Of a stretch of DNA of 64,000 bases, positions 30,864-42,618 are shown piece after piece. Source of the stretch: Candidatus Latescibacterota bacterium (GTDB lineage Bacteria; Latescibacterota; CBDEFO01); the NCBI GenBank assembly GCA_965237525.1, contig CBDEFO010000004.1, positions 192,001-256,000 of the forward strand, in the 5' to 3' direction. The notes beneath the pieces were generated by a model. The model had not been told where the DNA came from, ran no database searches, and saw only the letters and a program-made list of their open reading frames with translations. Each line of letters begins with the position of its first letter. Positions within the stretch are counted from its first letter, which is position 1. Position numbers and translations under genes: made by a program.

Positions 30864-31559
30864 CTACTTCTTCTTGGGAGAAAAGCTGAAGTCCATTTTT
30901 ACCTCGCCCGTCGCAGGGACGGTCGCATCCTTGGATATTGTACGCAGCTCTTCGTGCCAGGCTGTGAGCTTATAGCTCCCTTCTGGAACGTCGGCAATCT
31001 TGAACGCCCCTTTGTCGTTTGATATGGCAAAATAGGGGTTTTCAAGGACTACAATGTAGGCGTTCATCCACTTGTGGATGTCACATGCAAACTTAATCAC
31101 CTCAGGATCGTAAACCTCGTAGGGCAAAGACATGTCCTTTTCGGGCATCGCCCAGTTTATGGCCTCGTTCTCTTCGGCGTTCGCGCGGACATTGTGGTTA
31201 ACAGGGTCACTCGTATGTATATTGACTATCGTCCCTGCCAGTACAGGAAGCACGTGAGGATGATACTGACAGCTTCTCTGATCGAGCGTGGGCCCTTCTT
31301 CGTCCTCGGGCGGCTCGAACTCGCCTTCGACGCCTTCCACGTAGATCACTATGTTCTTTATACCCTTGCACTTCTTGTCTACTACCAGATTCTCCGATGC
31401 CTGCGTGCCGAAATGATCCATGCAGAACTGATCCTTGTCAGCCTTTACCGTCTGGGCTTTCGGAAGGTCGCCGCTGAACGTGACGCTTCCCACAATCGTA
31501 CCAGCCCAGGCAGAGTTGAAAGTCAACAGAACAGAAGCAATGATTATTAATGTTTTCAT
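30864..31559 (-). CDS. Exported cupredoxin-like / carboxypeptidase-regulatory-like domain protein (paralog of 28371..29096)
   Basis: LDQRSCQYHPH, HNVR...CDIHKWM and GSYKLTAWHE motifs. Confidence 0.8.
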   Translation of the reverse strand: MKTLIIIASVLLTFNSAWAGTIVGSVTFSGDLPKAQTVKADKDQFCMDHFGTQASENLVVDKKCKGIKNIVIYVEGVEGEFEPPEDEEGPTLDQRSCQYHPHVLPVLAGTIVNIHTSDPVNHNVRANAEENEAINWAMPEKDMSLPYEVYDPEVIKFACDIHKWMNAYIVVLENPYFAISNDKGAFKIADVPEGSYKLTAWHEELRTISKDATVPATGEVKMDFSFSPKKK

Positions 31560-31705
31560 TTTACATCTCCGTTGATGAATGATTTTTGTGATGTCGTTCA
31601 ATATTTTCCCGCTGCTGGTCGATCTGAGCGACAGAAAGGAGCGACAGCGTAGCGCGGTCGGGTGAGGGACGCTAGCGGAGAAGTCGCCACCACAAAATCT
31701 CTATT

Positions 31706-32386
31706 TTAAAGGGCAGTTTGTAGCTCCTTTGTTATTATTGGATTTTCAAAATCACTGTTCTTAATAACAATGTCAGCCTGTTCTTTTGGATTTGCTTTTT
31801 TAAAGTACAGTTTTTGTCCAGGTATGTAACGTTGGTTATATCTGTCAGTTATTTCCTGCTCGGCTCCGATATATTCTCTCTCGGTACCTCTTCCTATGGC
31901 ACGTTTGACAGCTATTTTGAAATCTACGTCAATGAATATCTTCAAATCCCAGTATTTGACTAGTTCAGGGCGAAATAAAAAGATTCCCTCCGTAATAAGT
32001 ATTGAATCACTTGTCGCTATTTGAACTGGCAAGACGACTTCCGAATCTGTTGCGTAATCGAAGACAGCAGTTTCGTATTGAAAATTGCCAGAGCTCAAAG
32101 GATCCAATAGTACTTCTGCCATTGCTTCATGATTGAACGAATCGAAATAGTACCCCTCTGGTGAATCTTCTCCTTTGCTATAGCGGATGCCTTTAGGATT
32201 ATGAAAACCAACAACAGAAGCCCTTATGATGTTACGGCCTGAACCTTTGAGTTCGTCTGCAAGCTCGTTTGCCAAAGTTGTTTTGCCAGAGGCATCTGCA
32301 CCATCAATTCCTACAAGTATTGGGCGATCTTTTTGTACTGCGGCTACGGTGTCTGCTAGATGTCTTATTAATTCTTTTCGCTTTAT
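31706..32386 (-). CDS. Uridine-kinase-like P-loop protein (gene cassette)
   Basis: The frame extends upstream of 32275 through VGIDGADASGKTT; also TEGIFL and RYIPGQ. Canonical start not seen (ATA at 32386). Low GC. Confidence 0.75.
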   Translation of the reverse strand: MKRKELIRHLADTVAAVQKDRPILVGIDGADASGKTTLANELADELKGSGRNIIRASVVGFHNPKGIRYSKGEDSPEGYYFDSFNHEAMAEVLLDPLSSGNFQYETAVFDYATDSEVVLPVQIATSDSILITEGIFLFRPELVKYWDLKIFIDVDFKIAVKRAIGRGTEREYIGAEQEITDRYNQRYIPGQKLYFKKANPKEQADIVIKNSDFENPIITKELQTAL

Positions 32387-32439
32387 AATGAGAAGCTGTA
32401 AAGTACCCGAATATCGAAACGTTTTGTGGTGGAAATTTC

Positions 32440-32530
32440 GGCTAACGGCTTCTGGTTTGCGAACCGGCGAATGCCGGTTGCCCGAAGGGCCAACGCGCGG
32501 ACGCGCCGTAGCGCTAATCAGGTGTTACAT
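32440..32530 (-). mobile_element. Integron attC site (91 bp)
   Basis: Minus strand: R'' ATGTAAC, arms CTGATTAGCG / CGCAAACCAG, R' GTTAGCC. Confidence 0.72.
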
Positions 32531-32551
32531 GACGTGGCACACGGGTACGGA

Positions 32552-33634
32552 TTACTTGTAACCAAACAAAAACGGTTCGTCAGAGAGGTATTTCTTGCAT
32601 TCCGGAATCAAGCAGTCAGGTAGCTCTCCTCCCCATGCACACCGCTGTGTTCGGGCAGCGATGAGTGCTCCTTCGACAAGTCGAACGAAATCGGGACTGC
32701 TGCGGGGCCACACTAGCGTAGCCATCAAGAAATCCCCGTCGCATCTCAGGAGCTTGTACGTCTACGAGGCACCACCCGATGTCATCGAACTGGTGCGTCA
32801 GTGCGCACAAGTCGAAGTCAATGGGCTTGTAGCGGTCTTCCTCCTCGACGCAATTTAGAACCCTGAAGTCGCCATGGGTCAGGCCCCACGGCTCGCCTCG
32901 TGCTTGACGGTTGCGCGTGACGGCTTCGATCGTGCGCTGAAGGAGCGCCAGCTCATCTCTGCTGAGGTTATTGTCTGTACGAACTTTCCAGTGATCGCGC
33001 TCGACCTCCTCCACATCACCCATCCAGTTTATTCGGATTCGATTGAAGCTGTCCGGGCGGGGCCAGGTCCGCCCATGATTGTGGAGGCGCCCGAGAACAA
33101 ATTCCAAGCTCGTGCATCGTCGCTTTCGGCAGGTTGATGGGCTCATCCTCCTTGGCTATGTCCTTTCCTTTTACCCATCGTTGGACGGTGCACACCGCCG
33201 CTGGTCCGTCGGGTCTATGGTCGAGAAGCTGGCAAATTGCGCCCGCTTCGTCCCGCGACCGGAATCTGAATCTCTAACTCAGTGTCTCGATCAAGCGCGA
33301 GAAGCCACGAACACATGGATGCAACTTGTCGGTGCACTTCGTCCAGGGGGAAGTCGTCATAGGGGAAATGCACAGTCACCAGATGCGACGGTTCCGGACC
33401 CTCCGTGACAACGGCGAGAGCGAAGTCGCTGTACCCGAAGTTTCCCATGTGCCCCGCCAGACGCAGCTGCCTAGGTTCCAAGTGACATCGCGCCAGCGCC
33501 TCATTGGAGAGTTTGCGGAGCCGGGCCTCTTGCTCCTCCCAGGGGCGACCATTGAGGTAACAGTTCGACCCGTCTGTGAGCGGTTCAGACTGATACAAGA
33601 CCTGTGTCATTGGCGAGCACTCCGTTGCGTTCAT
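32552..33634 (-). pseudogene. APH/homoserine-kinase-II-like phosphotransferase cassette, frameshifted
   Basis: LGRLH, HGDFRVLN, IDFD and FLDGY motifs; the gene is spread over at least three frame segments. Confidence 0.7.
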
Positions 33635-33711
33635 CCACAGCCTGATTGAAGTATTGTCACATTAGAAGTCAAAAATGCCAACTGATCAGTTCCACATTTT
33701 CATCCCATGTC

Positions 33712-33788
33712 AGGTAACGTGTTATATCCGATCTATTTCATATATCCTTCCATTTTGGTCTAATATCCGAAGATACATTCCGTTGCGT
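33712..33788 (-). mobile_element. attC/attI-like site heading the second cassette array
   Basis: Core GTTACCTGAC is 9/10 complementary to GTCATGTAAC at the cassette end. GGATAT occurs three times upstream. Confidence 0.5.
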
Positions 33789-33939
33789 GAAACACCAGCA
33801 TTGTGTTGTCTTCCCTCACACTGAACCGATGAATCTTCTTACAGGATTCTTCAGGGCAGACTAGCGAGGAAAACCTCTAACAACAGATGTAAGGGAGGCG
33901 AACGTACGGGTCGTCCTCCAATTTATCCTCTAACCTAAG

Positions 33940-36611
33940 CTACAGAGTCAGCAGATAATCTCTGAGCGCGTCTATCTGCATGTCCACCTGCTCTTTTTTG
34001 TACTCCTTATAGATCTTTCTCATTGAAGGAGCCGCGGGGATATATCTCCTCCTTTCGCCTCTTCCTACACCTATCCAGTTATTGGGCATCTTCGTGCCTT
34101 TTTGGATGCTTTGAGGGTCTTTGAGCCACCTTGCGATCCAGTCGTGCCTGAGCCTGTCTTTTGCCATCGTTAGATCAGGCGCCAGACTACCCACATCTAG
34201 ATCGAGTGTCTGTCCCTTTGTCGGATGGCAGGACTTGCACTGCAACAGTGTAAATATCTCTTTTCCGACTTTGATCTGATCTTTTGAGATCTCGCCTTGG
34301 TCCACAAACTCGAAGGGGAAATCCACATCCGCAAGTGACGCAAAATACCTGGCGATGTCCAGTCGCTTCATCCTTCGAAAGGTTGAACGTGGGCATCTTG
34401 ACGTTCAACCAAGGTCTTATAGGGACCGGATTCTTGAGGAAGTTGAAGAGCCACTCGGCTTGAACCTTGTCACCTTCGCCGTTTAAGTTCGGAGGCACCA
34501 AAGCGACCGCCTCGTCCCTGCTTTTACCTTCGGCGACCATAAAGTCGGAGATAATAGGTGCGATGTCTCCGCCTCTATTCTCAATCTTGTGACACCCCAC
34601 ACAGTTGTACTTCTCGACAAGCCTTCTTCCCTTTTCGATCTCCTGTTCCTTCTTTGTGAGCATCCTGGCGTGATTTGGAGACATGTTGCCTCCTCTGAAG
34701 CTCTTCAGCAGGACAGTTAAGGCCTCTACCTCATCGTCGGTAAGTTCGAAGTCAGGCATCCTGGCTACAATCCTCTCGGTGGGCGAATAGTCCTCGGATT
34801 TTTGAGCTTGTTTTTGGTCCACGCCTCCCACGTGAAGTCTATTTCCGTGACGTCTCCGAAGTCCAACGCCTCCGCTTCCTTGTTGCTAAACTCTGTAAGT
34901 TCCACACCTATTCTAGCGGCGTTTTCAAACCCTTTTATGTTATGACATCCAAAGCAGCCGTAATTCTGTATCAGTATCCTCCCTTTTTCTATCACTTGGG
35001 GATCGTTCAAGTGCAGGATGTGGTCTCCATAATCTTGGCTCTTTGTACTCATAAGATATGCCGTAGTAGCCTTAGCCTCCCCATCCGACAGCCTGAGGTT
35101 CGGCATCTTGGTGCTGGAATTGTAAGAGGATGGGTCCTTGACCCATGCAAAGAGCCAATCGGGATCGACCTTGTCACCCACTCTGCTCAGATCGGGAGCG
35201 TAATCAAAATCTCCGTCTAAGTATGTCCCTTTTAAGATCGGACGGCCTTTCCCCAATAAAATGACACCCGTAACAGCCCACCTGTTCCACAATTTTCTTG
35301 CCGTCATCAATCATTTTCTCTGAGTACTCGACCTTTTCAAGCTCCGCCTCTTCAGATGTATTCAAAAGATACGCCGCTACGGACTCAGCTTCGTCTCTTG
35401 AGAACTTGAAGTTCGGCATCTTTGTATGCGGAAGATAACTTTTAGGATTCTCTATCCATCTTATGAGCCATTCGGGATTTGCAGTCTTCATCTTTAGCTT
35501 TGTCAGATCTGGTCCGACCTTCTCCAGATCCTCGTAGCCCTCGATCTTATGGCATCCGTGACAGCCCAACTCTCTCAACAGTCTGTTTCCCTTGGAAAAG
35601 TGGGGTGCACCCTCAAGGTCCACCACCTGGAAGTGACACTTTTTGCAATTTGACTCTATAAAGAAGCCTTCTGCTACCGGGTCTTTCCAGTACTCGTTAT
35701 CCCTTGACAGGGCGTCCTCGTACGTCATAGCTCTTCCCTGCCCTCCGTGACACAATACGCATCCAAATTTGTCTATTGGATGATTGCCTAAAAGAAATTC
35801 TCTATTGGGATGAGCAGTATGAGGCTGAGGGAACTTCTGGACATCTGCAAACTCCGGTTCGTCTATTCCAAGATGGCAGGAACTGCACCTGTCCACCATA
35901 TCTATGTCCCTCAATCACCAACTGCTCTATCTTGGGGATCTTGCGCGCTACGGCCTCCAATTTGAACTTATATTTATTCGCATCCGCTTTCAGTTCATCT
36001 ATTTTTTTGGTCAGTTCCACAATCTCCTTTTCAACCTCATCCAAGTTAGCCAGTGCTTCATCTCTTTTTTCTTGAGCCTCGTCTATTTTCGGGAGGAACG
36101 AATTGGCAAACTTTTCCAGCTTATCCACTTCCGCCTTCTCCCCGGAAGCATCCGATCCCCGATGCAGAGCGTGTTTATAGAGGTAAAAGGCTGCGTCTAA
36201 TTCGCTCTTTGCGAACTGATACTTCTGGGTTACATCCTCAAGAGCGATCTCTTTATCTCTCAGATCTTGGCTGGCTTTTTTATATTCTTCGTTCTTTTCC
36301 AGATTCTTCTTTGCCTCCTCCAACTTCGCCGTCAGTTCCCTCTCCTCCTCGGGCATAGCCTTCAGTGCCTCTTCATACTCAGCCTTGGTCACTTCGTGCT
36401 CGTATTTGAAGAACTCCTCCTGAACCTTTTTCCAGGGTCGTCTGGTTATCGCCTCGTCGTATATAGTCCAGACCGTCACTAAGAGCATCACCATGATGGT
36501 CACAAGAAAGACGACACTGTAGGACTTGTCCTCCACCTTGAGTGTGTTAGACTCTTCCTCCTGTGTTTCTTCTTCTTTCTTATTTTCCTGGTTTTCTTGA
36601 TCTGACGCCAT
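33940..36611 (-). CDS. Membrane-anchored octaheme cytochrome c with coiled-coil stalk (about 888 aa); split into five ORFs by homopolymer insertions
   Basis: TM helix and coiled coil, then CSSCH, CVLCH, CKKCH, CHGCH, CYGCH, CFGCH, CVGCH and CKSCH. Frames rejoin on removing five duplicated bases. Confidence 0.85.
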
Positions 36612-36836
36612 GCTGTACCTTTCTAAAGAGTGGATAACCCGTTAAAAGGACAGTTGTTACACGCTATGTTTTCCCTGAGACACTCTGGCTTGCATCTTCC
36701 CCGTTATCTTTCCTGAAGTACCCATGTTAGACACCCAGACGTCGAGCCAACAGGCGCCCACCATCGTACCCAAGACCGCTAAAGTGACCGCTGCACTCAG
36801 GCGGCGGACCAAGTTCACGTCTGTCGCAAGATGCCT

Positions 36837-37133
36837 TCACTCTACATTTGCGATCTCAGCCTGTAATCTTAAGGCGTAGGTGGTGGCTGTGGATGGGGCG
36901 ACGTACCACTTGCCTTTGTAGAGCAAATAAGATAACGCAAAACCCACGGCGACGCCCAAGATATTCAATATGACTAACCACTTGAATGCGTAGTCGTAAG
37001 GGGCGGTTCTATATTCTGTGAGGTGACAAGAAGTAAAGACATGAACGGGGAGAATTAAGAAGAGGTATATATATGAGGCGTTTCGGTATTTCCTTATGTG
37101 ATTTGATAAGGGTGCTGTTGTTGATATATCCAC
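36837..37133 (-). CDS. Hypothetical small membrane protein
   Basis: 98-aa ORF with two hydrophobic segments; may be a remnant. Confidence 0.35.
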   Translation of the reverse strand: MDISTTAPLSNHIRKYRNASYIYLFLILPVHVFTSCHLTEYRTAPYDYAFKWLVILNILGVAVGFALSYLLYKGKWYVAPSTATTYALRLQAEIANVE

Positions 37134-37214
37134 GATTTTGCCTTTGGAATCACTGATAGCCCTAAACCCTTCTTCCCCTGATAAGAGGATAAGAGCAGGA
37201 GAGATGACAGGTCG

Positions 37215-38090
37215 CTATATGTTAAACCATGGAGTCACCCATACATATTTTATATTGAAGGCTATTCTCAGGAACATCTTTATAGGCAACGCCATCATAC
37301 TCAGGAACAAAAAGGCGGTCACCGCGTACTTGATCGGATAGTTCTTGAGGTATGCGCTTTTATTTTTTCTGACAAAGTAATAGATGACCCCAAAAAAGTA
37401 ATAACCTCCTACAACTATGGCACCGAAAATAGAGGCCATAAAGTTGTCCCTTATACCCAGGGCATAAGTCAGGTTCACGTTTGTCAGGGCTACCACTTTG
37501 TGGGGGTCCCATCTTTCCCAGGGGAAGAAAAAGTTCCATCCAGGTCCCCTCAGAAACGTCCCCATCATTATGAGGAACACCCATAGGACTATAAAGCCAA
37601 AACAGAACATGGTTATGGCGAACTTTCTCTCTTTGAACGTATAGTATCCCTGTCCCAACTTGTTCGTATCTACATAAGGAATAGCCATCAACCCTATAAC
37701 GATCAGAGTCGGAAGTACGACGCCGGCTATCCATGGATCGAAATAGACGAGCATCTCCTGAAGCCCCAAAAAGTACCAGGGTGCCTTGGAAGGATTGGGT
37801 GTCTTGGAAGAATTAGCTATATCCTCCAAAGGAGCATCTATCCCAATTGACCACACTGTAAGCAGGATCATACCCATCAAAAGACACAGAAACTCCGATC
37901 TCGTCAGATAGGGCCACACCAACACCTTGTCGTTCTCCACCTCCTCGGCGGACTTCTTTCCCTGTGCCTTCCGCCTGTCATTTTTTACCGCCTGCCTCAT
38001 AGCTATATAAAGGCAGAAAAAGACCAATAGTAACATCCCGGCGATGGGTATATTATCCGGTTTGCTCAATATTTTTATGAGGTTTTCCAT
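37215..38090 (-). CDS. Cytochrome b6/bc complex subunit IV-like protein
   Basis: MENLIK start; [26 protein letters not shown] (PEWY-equivalent) and GTFLRGPGW motifs. Confidence 0.85.
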   Translation of the reverse strand: MENLIKILSKPDNIPIAGMLLLVFFCLYIAMRQAVKNDRRKAQGKKSAEEVENDKVLVWPYLTRSEFLCLLMGMILLTVWSIGIDAPLEDIANSSKTPNPSKAPWYFLGLQEMLVYFDPWIAGVVLPTLIVIGLMAIPYVDTNKLGQGYYTFKERKFAITMFCFGFIVLWVFLIMMGTFLRGPGWNFFFPWERWDPHKVVALTNVNLTYALGIRDNFMASIFGAIVVGGYYFFGVIYYFVRKNKSAYLKNYPIKYAVTAFLFLSMMALPIKMFLRIAFNIKYVWVTPWFNI

Positions 38091-38145
38091 ATTATTACTG
38101 CCTGAAAACTCATGCGATGTGGAGTGGTTAGGTACCTTTGCTTTT

Positions 38146-38912
38146 CTAAATTGGACCCGAGATTCCCCGTCCTTCCTTATCCTCCAGAAGTGGACAGCCA
38201 TAAGTATGCTCGCCACAAGGGGGATAAAAATGCAGTGGAGAACATAGAACCTCAAGAGCGTAGGGGGCCCGACCACAGTCCCACCCAGAAGGACGAATCT
38301 CACGTCGTTGTCTGGTTTCATTCCCAGATACTCGGAGAACGGGCCTTCGTGCCCCAGAAGAGGAGTCGCTCGCGCCATGTTCGTCCCGACTGTCACAGCC
38401 CATATTGAAAGCTGATCCCACGGCAGAAGATAACCGGTGAAGCTCAAAAGGAGCGTGAGCACCAGAAGAATGACGCCCACTGCCCAGTTGAACTCCCTTG
38501 GGGGTTTGTACGACCCCGTCAGAAAGACCCTGAACATGTGAAGCCAGACGGCGATCACCATCCCGTGAGCTGCCCAGCGGTGCATATTTCTCAGCATCAT
38601 TCCGAACGGAACGTCGAACTGGAGGTATTTCATGTCGGAGTAGGCGTCAGCGGTCGGCCGGTAGTAGAACATCAAAAAGATACCTGTGACCACGGTCACA
38701 AGGAACATCAAAAACGTTATTCCGCCCATGCACCAGGTGAATCTTATCCTGAGAGCGTGTCTGGGGAGCTTGATGGGATGCAGGTGAAGAAAGACGTTGT
38801 CCAGTATCTGCAGCAACCTGTTGCGAGGTGTATCCTTATAGTCGTGTCTGAACGCTGATGTCCATATCTGCGACTTGGTTATTTTGTCCTTAAGCTGTTT
38901 GACGTTCAACAT
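38146..38912 (-). CDS. qcrB: Cytochrome b6-like subunit (menaquinol:cytochrome c reductase cytochrome b)
   Basis: WCMGG (heme ci Cys), MHRW...[11 protein letters not shown] and YVLH...VHF. Adding one G to the GGGG run near 38165 restores the usual RKDGGISGPI* end. Confidence 0.9.
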
Positions 38913-38975
38913 TTCCTCCTTATGATTGTGCAAAGATACTCAAAGTTCCCTTTAGCGTCTAAATCAGAGCAATAA

Positions 38976-39004
38976 AAGATAACAACTACTATATCTCTTG
39001 TCAA
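38976..39004 (-). promoter_or_regulatory. Sigma70-type promoter of the respiratory operon
   Basis: TTGACA-N17-TATCTT with extended -10 TG, about 65 nt upstream of the cytochrome b start. Confidence 0.7.
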
Positions 39005-39059
39005 GCCTCTTAGCCAAAATTTTTTTGGAAAATTTTCTGGAATAATGAATTGACTTTAG

Positions 39060-40579
39060 AAGCCTTGTGAAAAACCCTTAGATTCAGAAAGTAGTATAGA
39101 ACAAGCATTGATAAAGCAGCTCCGATGTATTATATTATGTTATTGATAATATTATACATGGAGGAAACAATGACCCCACAAAAGCAGGAACAGACAAATC
39201 CGGTGTTTCACTATTTTCAGATGGAGGATTTAGTTCCCGAGGATCATATCCTTCGTCAGATTGATGAGGCAGTTGATTTTTCATTTGTACGAGACGTTGT
39301 ATCAGATTGTTATTGCCCTGACAATGGCAGACCCGGTATTGATCCTGAATTAGTTGTTCGAATGATCCTTATTGGCTATCTGTATAATTTGAGTGAGAAT
39401 CGGCTCTGTCAGGAAGTGGGGATGCATGCGGCATATCGGTTGTTTTGTCATCAGACATTTGATGATGCGGTTCCGGATAGGAGCACGATCAACAAGCTTC
39501 GCAATCACAAGTGGGCATCCAGTGGGTTGTTTGAACGGATAATGCGTCAGGTAGTCCAGTGTTGTATAGATGTCGGTGTTGTGAGCGGTAAACACCTTAG
39601 TGTCGACGGCACTCAGATACAAGCTGATGCTTCAGTGAAAAGTATTGAGCCGATAGAACCCCCTTTTTCTCTTGATGATTATCTCAAGGGAATCGGTTTT
39701 GAAGGTGATAAGACAAAGGGTAGGTCCCGGGCATCCTCAGGATAAAGACTTTCATGGTGAAAAGTGGACGAACCAAACACACCGTTCGACTACAGACCCC
39801 GACGCGCGCTTATACAGCAAATCGAAGGGCAAAGGGGCTTTTCTCTCGTTTATGGGCCATGATCTGATCGACACAAAAAGCAGAGTAATCCTTGAGACTC
39901 AGGGCACGCAGGCGACAGGGACAGCAGAGCCCGAAAGTGCCCTTAAGATGGTAGATGACCTTGAAACATACACCATGCCCAAAGACATTCAGACACTTAG
40001 TGCCGATACCGGTTACGGTTCTGGTAATTTTATCGCTGATGTACTTGACCGGGGAATCATACCCCATATTCCTCTGCGAGCCGATGAGAAGATTGAACCG
40101 ATTCCTACATGGAAAAACAAGACAAATTCAGCACATATTCAGGCCGAACGGGATAGAAAAGTGCGAGAGGCGAAAGCCAGAAATCATGCACGGTCTATCT
40201 CATTAACAGCTGACTACAAACTCTCCCGGAGACTCCGTAAACGCAGTGAACATATCTTTGCTGAAGCCAGGCAACAACACGGTATGGGACGAGCCCGTTA
40301 CAGAGAACTAGCCTCACTGAATGAACAGTTGAATCTTGTTGCAACAGTACAGAATCTCAAGAGGCTTGTATCTTTCATAAGAAGGGGGAAAGCGTCTATG
40401 TGTGCCCTGTCTGTCAAAGACAGTGCATCCTGTTCTTCAAACAGCTCCTATTCCTTGCTGACCAGAACTCTGATAAGACTATTTTGCTTATTCCACAGCA
40501 AAACGATACGATATGCTACTCTTTGACCCATAATCGGCGCTTCAGACGCTGCCTGGGACATAACTATTTCACAAGGCTT
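39060..40579 (+). mobile_element. IS1182-family insertion sequence, copy 1 (transposase +1 frameshift near 39725)
   Basis: 13-bp TIR AAGCCTTGTGAAA / TTTCACAAGGCTT; TSD TTAG; 1520 bp; transposase motifs VPEDHILR, GRPGIDP, VDGT, ADTGY and EHIFAE. Confidence 0.93.
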
Positions 40580-41099
40580 TTAGTGAATAGATCTTCCTTA
40601 GTCTCTATGTCATTTTTCTTTGCAATGAGCAAAGTGGCTGGCAAATCCGTGGTCAGCGTAGTACCTTGCATTTTCAAATAGTTCATCACCTCTCTATACA
40701 AGTTTATGACCTTTAGCTCGGAGTATTGTTCTTCCGCCAGATTTACCATCTTTTCCCTGGCCGACCCTGACAAAACCCAAGCGACCTTCTCTAAACCTAC
40801 GGGAATGTTTCTGTTTTTTTCCAGCTCAAGCCACTTTACCATTTCATCCAAAATAGCCTCATAGTCCTCATGCACTTCAACTTCACCTGAACTGTCAAAG
40901 GAAGTGTTCCATTTGTTAGCCTTAGCGTAGAGTCGAGCTAGAACTGTTCCCATAGAGTCTTCCCCAGCACAGACCAATAACTTAATACTTTTCTCGGGGC
41001 CGGCCGACTTAAAAAAGAGGCCGATTTTCCCCACATCTTGCGAGAGTCTGAATATGGACCCTATGATCTTATACTTTTCCTCTTCCTTCTCCTCTCTAA

Positions 41100-42618
41100 A
41101 AGCCTTGTGAAAAACCCTTAGATTCAGAAAGCAGTATAGAACAAGCATTGATAAAGCAGCTCCGATGTATTATATTATGTTATTGATAATATTATACATG
41201 GAGGAAACAATGACCCCACAAAAGCAGGAACAGACAAATCCGATGTTTCACTATTTTCAGATGGAGGATTTAGTTCCCGAGGATCATATCCTTCGTCAGA
41301 TTGATGAGGCAGTTGATTTTTCATTTGTACGAGACGTTGTATCAGATTGTTATTGCCCTGACAATGGCAGACCCGGTATTGATCCTGAATTAGTTGTTCG
41401 AATGATCCTTATTGGCTATCTGTATAATTTGAGTGAGAATCGGCTCTGTCAGGAAGTGGGGATGCATGCGGCATATCGGTTGTTTTGTCATCAGACATTT
41501 GATGATGCGGTTCCGGATAGGAGCACGATCAACAAGCTTCGCAATCACAAGTGGGCATCCAGTGGGTTGTTTGAACGGATAATGCGTCAGGTAGGCCAGT
41601 GTTGCATAGATGTCGGTCTTGTGAGCGGTAAACACCTTAGTGTCGACGGCACTCAGATACAAGCTGATGCTTCAGTGAAAAGTATTGAGCCGATAGAACC
41701 CCCTGTTTCTCTTGATGATTATCTCAAGGGAATCGGTTTTGAAGGTGATAAGACAAAGGGTAGGTCCGGGCATCCTCAGGATAAAGACTTTCATGGTGAA
41801 AAGTGGACGAACCAAACACACCGTTCGACTACAGACCCCGACGCGCGCTTATACAGCAAATCGAAGGGCAAAGGGGCTTTTCTCTCGTTTATGGGCCATG
41901 ATCTGATCGACACAAAAAGCAGAGTAATCCTTGAGACTCAGGGCACGCAGGCGACAGGGACAGCAGAGCCCGAAAGTGCCCTTAAGATGGTAGATGACCT
42001 TGAAACATAGACCATGCCCAAAGACATTCAGACACTTAGTGCCGATACCGGTTACGGTTCTGGTAATTTTATCGCTGATGTACTTGACCGGGGAATCATA
42101 CCCCATATTCCTCTGCGAGCCGATGAGAAGATTGAACCGATTCCTACATGGAAAAACAAGACAAATTCAGCACATATTCAGGCCGAACGGGATAGAAAAG
42201 TGCGAGAGGCGAAAGCCAGAAATCATGCACGGTCTATCTCATTAACAGCTGACTACAAACTCTCCCGGAGACTCCGTAAACGCAGTGAACATATCTTTGC
42301 TGAAGCCAGGCAACAACACGGTATGGGACGAGCCCGTTATAGAGGACCAGCCTCACTGAATGAACAGTTGAATCTTGTTGCAACAGTACAGAATCTCAAG
42401 AGGCTTGTATCTTTCATAAGAAGGGGGAAAGCGTCTATGTGTGCCCTGTCTGTCAAAGACAGTGCATCCTGTTCTTCAAACAGCTCCTGTTCCTTGCTGA
42501 CCAGAACTCTGATAAGACTATTTTGCTTATTCCACAGCAAAACGATACGATATGCTTCTCTTTGACCCATAATCGGCGCTTCAGACGCTGCCTGGGACAT
42601 AACTATTTCACAAGGCTT
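41100..42618 (+). mobile_element. IS1182-family insertion sequence, copy 2 (TAC>TAG nonsense at 42008-42010)
   Basis: Same TIRs; TSD CTAA; 1519 bp. Confidence 0.93.

Noticed and set aside
36620..37200. Third cassette between subunit IV and the octaheme cytochrome
   Set aside because: GTCTAAC and GTTATCC boxes exist, but there are no convincing paired arms and no complementary cassette start.
37215..38933. 572-aa fused cytochrome b + subunit IV ORF
   Set aside because: The canonical GISGPI* end lies in another frame. One missing G explains the read-through, and the linker looks like translated intergenic DNA.
39060..42618. Composite transposon carrying a 520-bp passenger
   Set aside because: Each IS has its own TSD, and the middle piece is in frame with both outer flanks, so these are two independent insertions.
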